From assembly GCA_051362555.1 (NCBI GenBank), contig CM120645.1, positions 1,612,001 through 1,676,000 on the forward strand: a DNA stretch of 64,000 bases, given 5' to 3'. A model generated the notes under the pieces. The model saw only the letters and a program-made list of their open reading frames with translations, did not search any database and was not told where the DNA came from. The position numbers were made by a program, and so were the translations under genes. Of this stretch, positions 53,101 through 64,000 are shown one piece after another. Numbering within the stretch: the first letter of the stretch is position 1; each line of letters opens with the position of its first letter. The stretch comes from Lingula anatina (taxonomy: Eukaryota > Animalia > Brachiopoda).

Positions 53101-56100
53101 CACAGTGTTAGACAAGATTTATAAACAATTTCATTTTAACAGATGACATCTATTTCAATCACACAGATTACAAAGACACTGAAATATTGGGCATTGTGAT
53201 ATGACATATACAGGCACTACAGTTCAAAATCAAGGCAAAGCAACCATTTGCTTCTAGAACCTGCAATGACTTTCCATATGTACTGAACTGAGGCTGAAAC
53301 CAGGCTGTGCAAAAATGTTTTATTCTATTAACCCTTTTGAGACATCAGGGTGTACTTAAAATCCAATTGGTCTAAGCGGAGATTGTGGTCAGTAAGGGAA
53401 CAAATCTACAATTTTTTTTTACTGGCATTTAACTAATGAGGTCGGTGTTAGTGTCTCAGGTTCCATTCACAATTATAGGGGACTAGCTAGTCCAAGGGTC
53501 AAATATGGTGATCTACTACAAAGCTTGCCATCTAATCTGAAAAAAAAAAATAAATAAATAAAACCATGGGAAACATTTCCTTAAGTACACAAATTATAGA
53601 CAATTACTGTTATAGCCCGCTCACACTACAATCTGAAATATCCGAATTTTTGCAATGCAAATTACGGGCAAAAAATCCGATTCGGTTGTCTGGCCACACA
53701 CAGCAAAGGGAAACCGAATCGCAAACTGAAAATCCAGGTGGAGGTTCCGGTTTGAAATATCGCGCATGCACAGAATCCATGAAAACAAAAATATGGCGCC
53801 AATCATTGCTCTACTCGCACTCTGTTTTTTTTCTCGCGTGTTTGTTTTTGGAACCTCAAATTTATGCCAAAGGTAGTCAAAGGAAGATTCAAGTAAGAAG
53901 AGGAAGAATTTGACGGAGAGAAGAAGGAGACTAGCCGGGTTTCGTAGGAGAGCTAGGGTACGTTCCACGCATACAGTACATGTACAAGTAATCACAGCAG
54001 ACGACTGATTTTTTAAAATACTACAAGGTCGTAGTTATTAGGCTTTATGTTATGCATTGCTACATCGTAAGACCGCTGGTTTTGCGGGTTCTTTTTGACA
54101 CTATTTACATGTGACATCAAAGTCAAATTGCTGCAACTTCATCTGTTATTTCAAATTATTTAATACTAAATAGAATACCAGTACAACACCATAAAGTTGG
54201 GAGTTGTTAGTGTACAATATCGCATTTAATTTCTTTCTGTGGTGAGTATTACTATTATGATTATTATAAGCATATTTACATTCACATGTAGCAGGATGTA
54301 TTTTGACAACCATGAGCTTTATTTCTCCAGAACAAAAGCATACAGTGGTGGTTCCTCATGACACATCTTGCAAACAACTTTTTTCATAGAAAAAAGAAAC
54401 TACAGATCATTTCTCATGAAAATTACATAAAAGAGTCATTGTTATGACATTACATAATGTACAGTTCTGTTTAAGTAAGATCTTATTGACAGGCTACAGA
54501 TTACCACAGAACATAATTGTATTTGGCTTGTATGAATAAACCTGCCTGTCTACAAGTTAGAAACAACAAGTTGGAAAGAGTGCAAGTGGTCTTAAATTAG
54601 ACCCCAACAACACTTGTGCCATGGAAGACACATATAATCACAAATAAATGCCGAAAAAAATTTTCCAATTTAACATTGCTTCTATAGGTTTTCACTGCTG
54701 GTGTTTGTAAGTCTTCCAATGCTAGGATTCTGCACTTGTTTCTGATGTTCAAAACAAAATATGTGGGCATGCAGGAATAACATAAAACAAGCAGTTATTT
54801 ACATTGTTGTACAGCAATTTCTAAGAACTGCATCCCAATAAAGTGCAGTTGCACACTATAATTACTCGCATATTTTAAATATCAATTCTTCCAACATATA
54901 ATTTCTTTTGTAAAATTATTTTCAGTAAGAGGCAAACATGCAATGATTACCTTCTGAGAAGTTTCCAATTTGTTTTTTCCATGTATCACAACCAAAATGT
55001 TGTTTTAAGAAATACCATCGATCAATGATGTCTGGATTTGTTGCATAATTACCCAACGTTAACAACTACAGCTAATCTCCAAACACAGTTGCATTTGGCT
55101 GGTGCTCAAGCCGCCATGTCTAATATAACCAATTTGAAACTCGTCTGCCGACCGTCTGGACACCTGCCCTGAACACGGGAGCCAATCAAGCAATTACATA
55201 CATGACCACATGGTGAATTCACAAGGTCCAAACATTCCAGGCTTGCCAGGGAACCTTGGCGCTTTCTTGTCATAAACTGGAACCCATCCCATACAAGACT
55301 ATTTATCTTTTTTATTAAAATGGACTATATTTTTTGGTCTAAAAGGTATATGTGAATAGTTTGTCTTAAGTAAGTTTAATTCAATAAGAATAAAAATTAA
55401 AAGTTCTGATGTTGTAATTAAGAATTAATGGAAGTGAATTAGGTCGTGTTCAGAGTAATCTCAATCCAGTCTACACATAAGACTATCTAATGTCATCAGA
55501 CCATGGATCCCATTCCATCAAATCCTTGTCTGAACTGACTGATCATCTCTGAAATGGCCATATAAATGGATACTAATCTTTAGTGCTTGCATTTACCTAC
55601 ACATACTTACACATTCTCCATTCCATCTGTGCGCAAACATAAACATATGCTCTATCTCTAATATGCAGAAATAAAAAAAAAACGCATGACCAGTGCTGAC
55701 ACATATATATACTGCGCCTCATATGCTTTATCAATATGCATATTTGTAAACATACTTTGTAATGAGACAAGATAAATAGGATGTATACAATGATGTTAAG
55801 TATACAAAGAAAAACCAAGAAGGAACACACACACACATCAGGGCCGCCTTCTGGGGCTTCCAGGACATGGTCAAAATTTTAAAGTTTACATTGAGGAGCA
55901 AAATTTTTTTTCTGTCCGGAAATGATGAAAAACGGAGGATGGATCAAAAATGATAATTTGGAAGACTCAGAAATATCTCTGGTTCGGCTCCTACACATAA
56001 ACATGTACACACACACAAATACACACACACACATGCACGCACGCGCATGTGCACGCACATATAAATACATCAGAAACATATGTTCATATAACGGCAGCAA

Positions 56101-58564
56101 CTGCCACCAAGGCAATGAACGCATCACTACGCTACACCTGCTGTTTTAACCCTCTATGGGTGCTAGATCCTCCATCATCTGACAGACAGACGCTAAAAAT
56201 AAACACATGAAAGAGATAGAATCTTCCCAGCTTAAAGGCTACTTAAACTTTAGCTGACAGGTGAGGAAAGTTCAGACCTATTGAAGAAGATGGAAGTATG
56301 AAGTTCAGTTTCACTTCTCACGCTTCATTTTTATTTTGTCTAATTCTATTGTCTGGTTTGAGTAAATACTGACTTTCAAATTTTCAACCAGTTTGAAGAT
56401 TTCCAAGTTGTTTTTACATGTTTTTAGTGTTTTAGTGCAAGATGTTGTGTATCATGGATTAAGGAAATAGATGAATGTTACAGAAAATGCAGTGACATGG
56501 CATGAGAAATTATTACTAACTCACAAAATAAATTGAACAAATGAACCCTAGCACATGTTCACGTAGAAAAGAACCACCAGCAAGCAAATGTGTGTTCAAA
56601 CACAGCTGAAAAATTCCAAATTTATAAATGTTATAAACAGTAATTTATTTAGTGCACTGCCATCTAAGTCATTTGGGAAAGAATATCTAAGTGGTACATA
56701 AAGACAAGCCATTACAGTTTAAAACTCTAGAGAACAGGATTTCTTCTAACAACACAATAATTTCATAGAAATGCTCGTATGAACATATTTATTATCTTTA
56801 ACATGCTCACCATGTGCTGCATGCTGATTATTAAACACAAAGGAAGATTTACTGATGCTCATTTGGGACAGTTTGAAATATTGAGCATGATTAATTATAA
56901 GTCTGTTAAATAAAAAAGGTGATTTTTCTTCAGATAATTTCATTATTCATTCATAACAGAGAGATACATTAAGGTAAGTTGATATACAATGATGGTCACA
57001 CTAATGGCTTTGCAAAAGGTGTTTACAGAAACAATGCAATGATAATAAATTACAAGAAAAGGGCTCCAGATAAAACACTGACTATTGGAAAATTGGTGAA
57101 ATTTTAATTATTAACAGAGGGCATCAGAAAGCTGAGTTAATTGTTAATCCAGCATTGATGCCTTCAATTTTCATTCTTAGCTGGAGGTCAATGCTAACAC
57201 ACACGCACACAGTGACACACACACACACACACACATACACACACATGCACTCTTATGCACACACATGTACACGCTATCATGGTATGTCCAACTTACTGAT
57301 TTGAAACAATATCTAAATATAAAATACAAATAAATGACCAACGAACGCAGCCGAGAATTAATTACAGCTTTGGAAGCAACTGGCTCGCACTGCCAGTAAT
57401 TAAGCCGTAGGGTATTCAGGGCACAGACCGTAATCATAAGATACCGCCAATAGATTTTTAGAAAATAGATTTTTCATGTGAAAGAACCCTTAATTTGTCA
57501 CAAAATTATATAGTCTGAATTTAAACAGAAAATGGACTTCAAAACAATGATAGTCATTATCAACAGTTTATATGGCTTATTCAATTAATTGGTCAGAAAT
57601 TATTCAATCAAACTGGAAATAGATATAATAGCTCTATGCTTATTGCCTTATTACAGCCGCACTCAGACCAGGGTAATTCTAGACCGAAACTCTAAGGCTG
57701 AAATGTGTCATCAGACGCCGAATACAAGGGTCCTGTTTAAGAAAGCCATCTTTGTCCATCATTTCACTGTTATTGGTTTTAGCCAATTCAACTGAACTGC
57801 AGAGATGAATATTTAGAAATGAAATATGCAGACAGTTGTCTTTTGCTAATGAGGACCCCTTAACTTGAACAACAGATAACCAAAAGATACTTTTTTGTTA
57901 GAAATTTAGTTCTCCAGTGACAAAATCTAAGATAATTTAACATATGAAATATTTCTTTAAAAACCTTGGTCTAAATGCTGCTAGGAGCCAATAACCAAAA
58001 GAACAATGAAGAGTTTGAACTTACTGGAATGCCTGCCCAATATGGCGTCTCTCTCGTATGAAGAGAAGGTATTGCTACTCCCATGAAAGCGCCGAGCCCA
58101 ATAATCGTAGAACCCAGGCACAATTGCATTGTCGTTAATAGAATATGAATCCTACAGCAGTGCATTTCGCATGATTCTCGCGTAACGTGCTGAAAATGTC
58201 TCTGAACTTGTTGGCCCATAGACATGCGGCGGCCATGATGGTTGCTGTGGTGATGGTGGTTACCATGGTGGTGATGGGACCTCTGGTTTCGTGGATGGTG
58301 CCTGCAAGTAGGATCATGGGTACTAATATTATTTTCTGTATCGGCATGGACTGTATGCCCATTCAACATGGGTTTGAGTTCCATAAGATAACTGGGCTGT
58401 GCCTGGCCACATTTTTTCTTCTTTTTCGGTTGCACTATGCTCAGGGTGGCCACTGCTGGGGCGGAATGGGCCCTGGGACGACCCGCGTTATCTAACATTG
58501 TTTTATGGCCGTCCATGTTGATGATCGTGTCCTTCAGCTTGTAACGCTCATGTCCTAGTGCCAT
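37539..58564 (-). CDS. SSPN: Sarcospan-like four-TM protein (CD20-like superfamily), about 414 aa
   Basis: Three phase-0 coding exons: 58564-58025 (...CCRIHILLTTMQLCLG...SLHTRETPYWAGIP), 41776-41684 (LFLAGVFG...KLFVIK) and 38150-37539 (AVVFTLSAISVFVC...DC...CYC...RVYAY...DC...LILQCALN...LLWQSRYQNY.SGLRFYS). From memory these match vertebrate sarcospan motifs (RDTPFWAGI, CQC, LIQMILN, WKHRYQ). A 5'UTR acceptor lies at 58641. A FAM189/ENTREP assignment is not formally excluded. Confidence 0.8.
41110..41337. mobile_element. MITE family 2 copy
   Basis: Shares its core with 33215-33449. Inverted ends ccatttcca / tggaaatgg. Confidence 0.6.
42222..42385. mobile_element. MITE family 2 copy (reverse orientation, partial)
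   Basis: gattctcgct...gttaattacccccttggtggtcgaggaggcacatcagacaattaagct is the reverse complement of the 33300-33390 core. Confidence 0.65.
44164..44335. mobile_element. Short TIR element (MITE-like)
   Basis: Termini cagagcccatagccag and ctggctacaatctg, with an internal ggggttc/gaacccc pair. Confidence 0.55.
49905..50077. mobile_element. Palindromic MITE family 1 copy
   Basis: TIRs gccgcattcagaacagtgaactaac / gttagtccaatgttctgaatgtggc. Confidence 0.85.
50181..50346. mobile_element. Palindromic MITE family 1 copy, opposite orientation to the 49905 copy
   Basis: ttcaaaacagcagactaactagtcc ... ggacttgttagtccactgttctgaat. Confidence 0.8.
53470..53540. mobile_element. Truncated MITE family 1 copy
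   Basis: ggactagctagtccaagggtcaaatatggtgatctactacaaagcttgccatctaatc. Confidence 0.65.
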
Positions 58565-59523
58565 GGTGATGCTATGTGCTCCTCTGACGTCTGCTCTAAC
58601 TTAGCCAATTTTTGACAGCTACATGGAGACTGCTCCTCAACTGAAAAACAGAATGTTTAGAAAACATTACTTATAATTGAAAAGTTCTATATTTTGGTAA
58701 ATGAGAGGTATAGAAATAAACCCTAGCCTTATTCATACTGACATGCAAGCATGACTGCACATGCAGACATTTTCCTCTATAAGCAGAGGTATATATACAT
58801 GTAAAACAACATGCACATGCATACTGAATCCACTGTAAAACATGCATGCACACACACTCATGCAAGTAGCTCCAGTGCTCTCCACGCTTCAGTAAGCCTT
58901 TCCTGTATTAATTCCCCCCCCCCCCCCCCCACCAGATGTAAATTTTCAAGAAAAAACTAATTACTGTTCACACACACCTGTTCATCTTACCCTGTAGAAG
59001 AGTTGGTGAAACTGCTGTAAAGACAAGGTTGTCTCACTTTTAAACAGACAGGCATCAGTCACAAGAAAATAAACACATATGGAATTTGACAATTTCTCAG
59101 AATTCATACAGGGAATCACTAAAAAAATCAATAGGAAAACGGAGCATGAATGCCCTTGACTATCTGATATGCACACAAGGAATCAACTTAGCATTATCTA
59201 TTATTTCTATTCTTTTATTTCCTATAACTGAGCCCCTGGTATTCTTGTTGGCCCTTTTCAGGACCACTCATCCCTTGAGCTAATCAAGAAAGTTAACAAA
59301 CTGGGACTAATGTCACTTGCTGTTTACATGGTCTATTATTGTAGCAGCTTGTCTTTTTTAAGTGAAAACTCCATTACTGATCAGTTCCAACATATCTGAG
59401 CAAGTGCCTGATGTATTTTCTCCACAGAGCTAAATTTTGGCTGTTTTGCTACTTATCTGCTATTCAGCAATTCCAAGCAAGATACCACACATCTAAAAAT
59501 AATTTTGAAGGAAAAAAAAAAAG

Positions 59524-59598
<75 letters not shown>
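59524..59598. repeat. (TA)n microsatellite
   Basis: Directly visible. Confidence 0.95.
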
Positions 59599-59603
<5 letters not shown>

Positions 59604-60388
59604 GCTCGTTGATAAACATTACAGATAAAAACACAATCAATGCTCTTCAACACCATAAAACTTTAAAAACATCAAAAATGCATCACGTACACTATCTACA
59701 TCATCATCCGTCATAACCTGTCTCAGAATTCTGGAAACAATCTACATAATACAAAGATGGTCTTCAACGTAATCTCTGACCTTTCTAACCAGTCCCAAAT
59801 GGAAAGAGAGAGAGGAGTGGGCATTTCAAGCAGGGATCAGATCTTGTCCCAAAGGATATTGTCGAGAAAACAGAGACCTGGTTAGGATACATACACTGAT
59901 TCAGACTAATTCTCGTGGGTTCAAACTTACTCCATGTTCACTGGTGATACCTTCATACATGCACACTTTACATATGTGTACTGTATTCACAAACACGTTT
60001 GTTCACATGTTCACAAGCACACGTTCATGCACACATTCACACACACAGCTTCACATTTAAATCTCATATCCATGTGTTTGCCAACTTACATACTCTCCAT
60101 GCACGTGTTCACATACGCAGGTATTTGCACATATGTTCACATGCACATTACTAATACGCATGCATCCTTACACATACTTCCATACTCTTGACACAAGTTT
60201 ACACAGACGCACACTGTCGTTTTAGATCAAGGAGTTGACACTGTTTCACATGTAACACATAAACTTCACATTCTACTTTGGGTCCTCTATTATCAGTAAC
60301 AGCAGCTGGGCTGTACGTGCAGAATTCTTGAAAACAATGTCAGTCAAATTCACTTGAAATTAAGTTGAACAAAATGCATACATATGTG

Positions 60389-60392
<4 letters not shown>

Positions 60393-60440
<48 letters not shown>
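60393..60440. repeat. (GA)n microsatellite
   Basis: Directly visible. Confidence 0.95.
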
Positions 60441-60444
<4 letters not shown>

Positions 60445-61006
60445 GATGGAAAGAGACCCTGGATAAAGTCAAGCATCTTTTCACTTATTGACGGGGTTTT
60501 TTTATTATTAATAGCCATAATCAAACCAACACAAAGAGACTTCCTCAACCAATGTAAAGACAGTAATAAATTAATAAAAAATATTAATAAAAACCACAAC
60601 TTTTGGTGAATTGCGTTTCAAATTAAACGATAGACAATCAATAGACATAGTCTTTAATCTAGAATTTATTACATTTTCAAAAGCTTAGCTTTCAAAACCT
60701 ATTATCACTTTCATCTCAATTCTCTTCATTACTTTTTCTACATAAATCAATACTAGAAGAGAATGGCCTGTCATTTCTCTCATCACTGAGCCCGCGTGAA
60801 GGTTTTTTTTCTTCAGTGTGACAACATCCAGTTACTTTGGCTAAAAGTATAACTGTACTCTTATTCATTTTTGCAACTTAATACCTATTTGATAAGCCTA
60901 ACAAAATTAGCTGTTGGCATAAAACAATGTTTATGCAGTGCCAGGAAGAAAAATTTCAAAGCCATCAAAAGAGGAAAACATCTTAGAATCTTCACCCCCT
61001 CCCCGC

Positions 61007-61350
61007 CACACACACACACACACACACACATATGCATACACACACACATGCACACACATGCATACACATACATACAGATACACACACACACACACACATA
61101 CACACACATGCACATACACACACACATGCACACAGATACACACACACACACACACACACACATGCATACACACACATACAGATACACATGCACACATAGA
61201 TGCACACACACACACACACAGAGCACATATACAGATACAGACACACACACACACAGACAGAAAGACAGACAGATATATAGATACACACACACACAGAGCA
61301 CATATACAGATACAAACACACACACACACACACACACATACACCACACAC
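61007..61350. repeat. Long compound (CA)n-rich microsatellite
   Basis: About 340 bp of CA/CATA/CAGA units, which explains the HT/CV pseudo-ORFs. Confidence 0.95.
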
Positions 61351-63220
61351 AGTTAGAGCAAATCAAAGAGGAGCGCAACTCCTGTCCCATATTCTGTGTT
61401 CAAGTGTCTTCTATGCGACCACATGTGTTACCAAGGAAACAGATCACCTTTCTCACCTTAATGTCACACTAAGTTTGAAACTTTGAAAAAAAAATTGATA
61501 AAATTCCCACGAAGCATAAAAAATGAGCAGATCTATCCACTGTGGTTTCATTTCTTATTAAATGTTTATGCTATAAAGGTAGAAACCACATTCTGTTAGA
61601 CGAAGTATGCAACGCTGGTGGTAAAAGCTCAGATCCCAGAATGTCTCTACTGGGAGTGCACAGATGCCTGTGAAAACATGTACAAAAGTATACAAGTTAC
61701 TAAATAGATATATACACACCTGTGCCACCTAATATCCATTTTTAAGACTGAATGTTGTTTTTAGAAATCAATATGCTCTCATCTTGAAACCTTGGTCATT
61801 CTGCCACCAAAATTGGAAATTCCAGAAAAAGTTCACAATTATACAATACCTGCCAACAGCATACATGCAGTGCTCCCAGATGGACCCTGTGAGGCCGGTT
61901 GGACGATGATGTAGTTTTTGTGGAAATAAAAACTCTATTGGTCACAGAACAAAAAGTACACAGTATGTGAAAAGCCAGATAAATATCTGTAAATATCCTG
62001 TGAAAACATCCCTCTCTGGTCGGGGTAGATGGTTTCTACTAGTTACAAACCAAAAAATTCTTCTGGCATCTGTTCTTGTAAAACCTCAAGAATAATGAAA
62101 CCTACTTGGCAAAATAGTCTGCCTCACTATCATCACACATAAAAAAAATCAACAAGAGTGCTTGCCACCAATTTTACATACATAAATAAACCAGTATTGC
62201 TTATTGCACGATGTATATACTGAGAGCAAAGGGCATATTTTCTTTACACCGTTCAAAGTAAATGTCACCACAACTGTGTCCACAATACGAAAAACTGACT
62301 TGAATCACAGAGCATGGAAAATATTTAAAAGCAGTTTTCCAGAATCATAAAATAAAGATAGGGACTTCTCTGCCCAGTAACTGAGCAAGAGTAAAATATT
62401 TACTATGAACGTAACCCAGTATTTTTACAATGTATCATAAGCCAGCACCCAAACTATATCAAGTGCAGCAGTATTCTTATGCATACCACACAAGAGATTC
62501 ATAGTTATTAAGGATACGTTTTTTCCAGGAAGAATGCAGAACCATAACAGTACATCAACTTATGGTTAATTAATATACAGAGTTGGAAACCATGTAATTT
62601 ACCACACTGCCATTAAAACCAAAGAAGCACCTCTAATGATGATTGGTTGTAGTTGTAGAGTTCCTAGAATTTCTGGCCATTCCTAGAAACACTGTTGGGG
62701 AGAAGACCTGGCTATACGGTAATATCTCACTATCTTCAGAAAGAAATATTTTATCATGCATCCAAAGACATTGCCTTCTTTTATGATTCTAAAACAAGGA
62801 TAATTCAATTCTAAATAGTGAATTGCATGAAAACAAGTTCAAATATTCCGCTGTATTTTTGAATTTGTCTAGAAGTGATGCTTCTATAAATGATAAAATT
62901 TGCACAATAGCTGATGTTTTAAATATCAGAATTATTACAACATGCAGTTCAGGACAATGGGATCATTAGTGGTATTCCATTATGGATAACGAGATCGTCT
63001 GCTCACAGTAATTTTACGTTATTGGTCACATTTGTATACTTTGACCTCACTAAGGACAATGGCACATTAGGCTGTCTAGCTGACTTATATTCTGTAAAAG
63101 AGATGGCTCACTTCACATTTTCTATATTTTTTTTCATTTTCACAGAACTGTTGAACAACTTGAGGAAAGTCAAATAAGATTGCCATGTAGTGTGAGGGCT
63201 GACAAGTAAAATGTTGCACA

Positions 63221-63374
63221 ACTGATGATTTAAGACGCAACCTGATTGGCCAAAAAGAGGAACAGTTACCAAACTGATGATTTAAGACACAATCTGATTG
63301 GCCAAAAAGAGGAACAGTTACCAAATTGATGACTTAAGACACTATCTATTGGCCAAAAAGAGGAACAGTTGATG
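63221..63374. repeat. 52-bp tandem repeat x3
   Basis: Units at 63221, 63273 and 63325: actgatgatttaagacgcaacctgattggccaaaaagaggaacagttaccaa. Confidence 0.9.
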
Positions 63375-64000
63375 AGTGGCCTGAAGTGATAGATTTTTTA
63401 AACAAATTATTATTAAAAAAAATTGCATACATCTTTGTTAAGTGTTTCTAGTTAGATCTATCATATTTTTAAACAGGCATAAAACAAAAACATAAAGCCC
63501 CAAATCACACAAGGGGCCTCACTTAATATACCCCATGACTATGCAAAATCAACCACAAAAAACTGCAGATGACTCTAGGTGTCCACAATCAACATACACA
63601 GGATAAAGGATGTAAAGGTCAAACGTGTAGAAAATGAAAACAATATATTCTTTTCATATTACGCAACTGTGTTGGTTTTTGATATAAGTAAGTTTGATAA
63701 AACTGACAAAGATATGCCAGAGAGAGAAACAGAGAAAGAGTCTATTTTATAAGAGTTACATCATCAAATTAATAAGTAAACCAGTTCATAGAAATACCAT
63801 CTGCCTTGTCCTGACATAAATCTGAGCTCATGTTAGTATGTGTTGTCGCTTTGCCAAAGGCTGAAAATAATGTTTCCTCTAAAAAAATGAAAAATAGACT
63901 AAGCAGACTTCCTACACACTTGCTTCAACTGGTTGGCTGCTCCAGTTTACAGACTCCTGTGGTTTACCCATCTAGCCGCATTTCAAACTACACGTCTCAA

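Noticed and set aside
53566-53995. Overlapping 115-aa and 124-aa ORFs in a CpG-richer patch
   Set aside because: No recognisable domain. More likely a transposon fragment or regulatory island in the sarcospan-like intron; termini could not be defined.
60871-61486. His/Thr- and Cys/Val-rich ORFs
   Set aside because: Translations of a (CA)n microsatellite. The same applies to the RE/LS/YI ORFs elsewhere.
63221-63374. CRISPR-like array, also considered for the repeat at 5-90
   Set aside because: Contiguous tandem units without unique spacers, in a eukaryotic context with no cas genes.

Overview
AT-rich, intron-containing animal genomic DNA, probably a marine invertebrate such as a mollusc (inferred from gene style and repeats; not provable here). 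Six spliced or single-exon protein-coding genes were assembled by hand from GT-AG exons: two divergently oriented RAIDD/caspase-2-like CARD-only genes (A, minus strand; B, plus strand), a CD225/dispanin (IFITM-like) membrane protein, mitochondrial succinate-semialdehyde dehydrogenase (ALDH5A1, 12 coding exons), a BTB/AT-hook protein with about 16 zinc fingers, and a sarcospan-like four-TM protein. Mobile DNA includes an internally deleted mariner, a decayed Tc1 transposase and several MITE families, plus micro- and minisatellites. The first 14 kb is the most interesting part. It looks like an expanding CARD-only cluster whose members share a homologous non-coding first exon. Genes A and B sit head-to-head around a ~170-bp spacer, and a third paralog appears to run off the left edge. 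Gene A has a stop codon 1 nt before its last intron, although its terminal exon is still open and conserved with gene B (xIDLK*). TACATGTA palindromes are frequent, and two of them appear as 6-bp insertions relative to paralogous copies.
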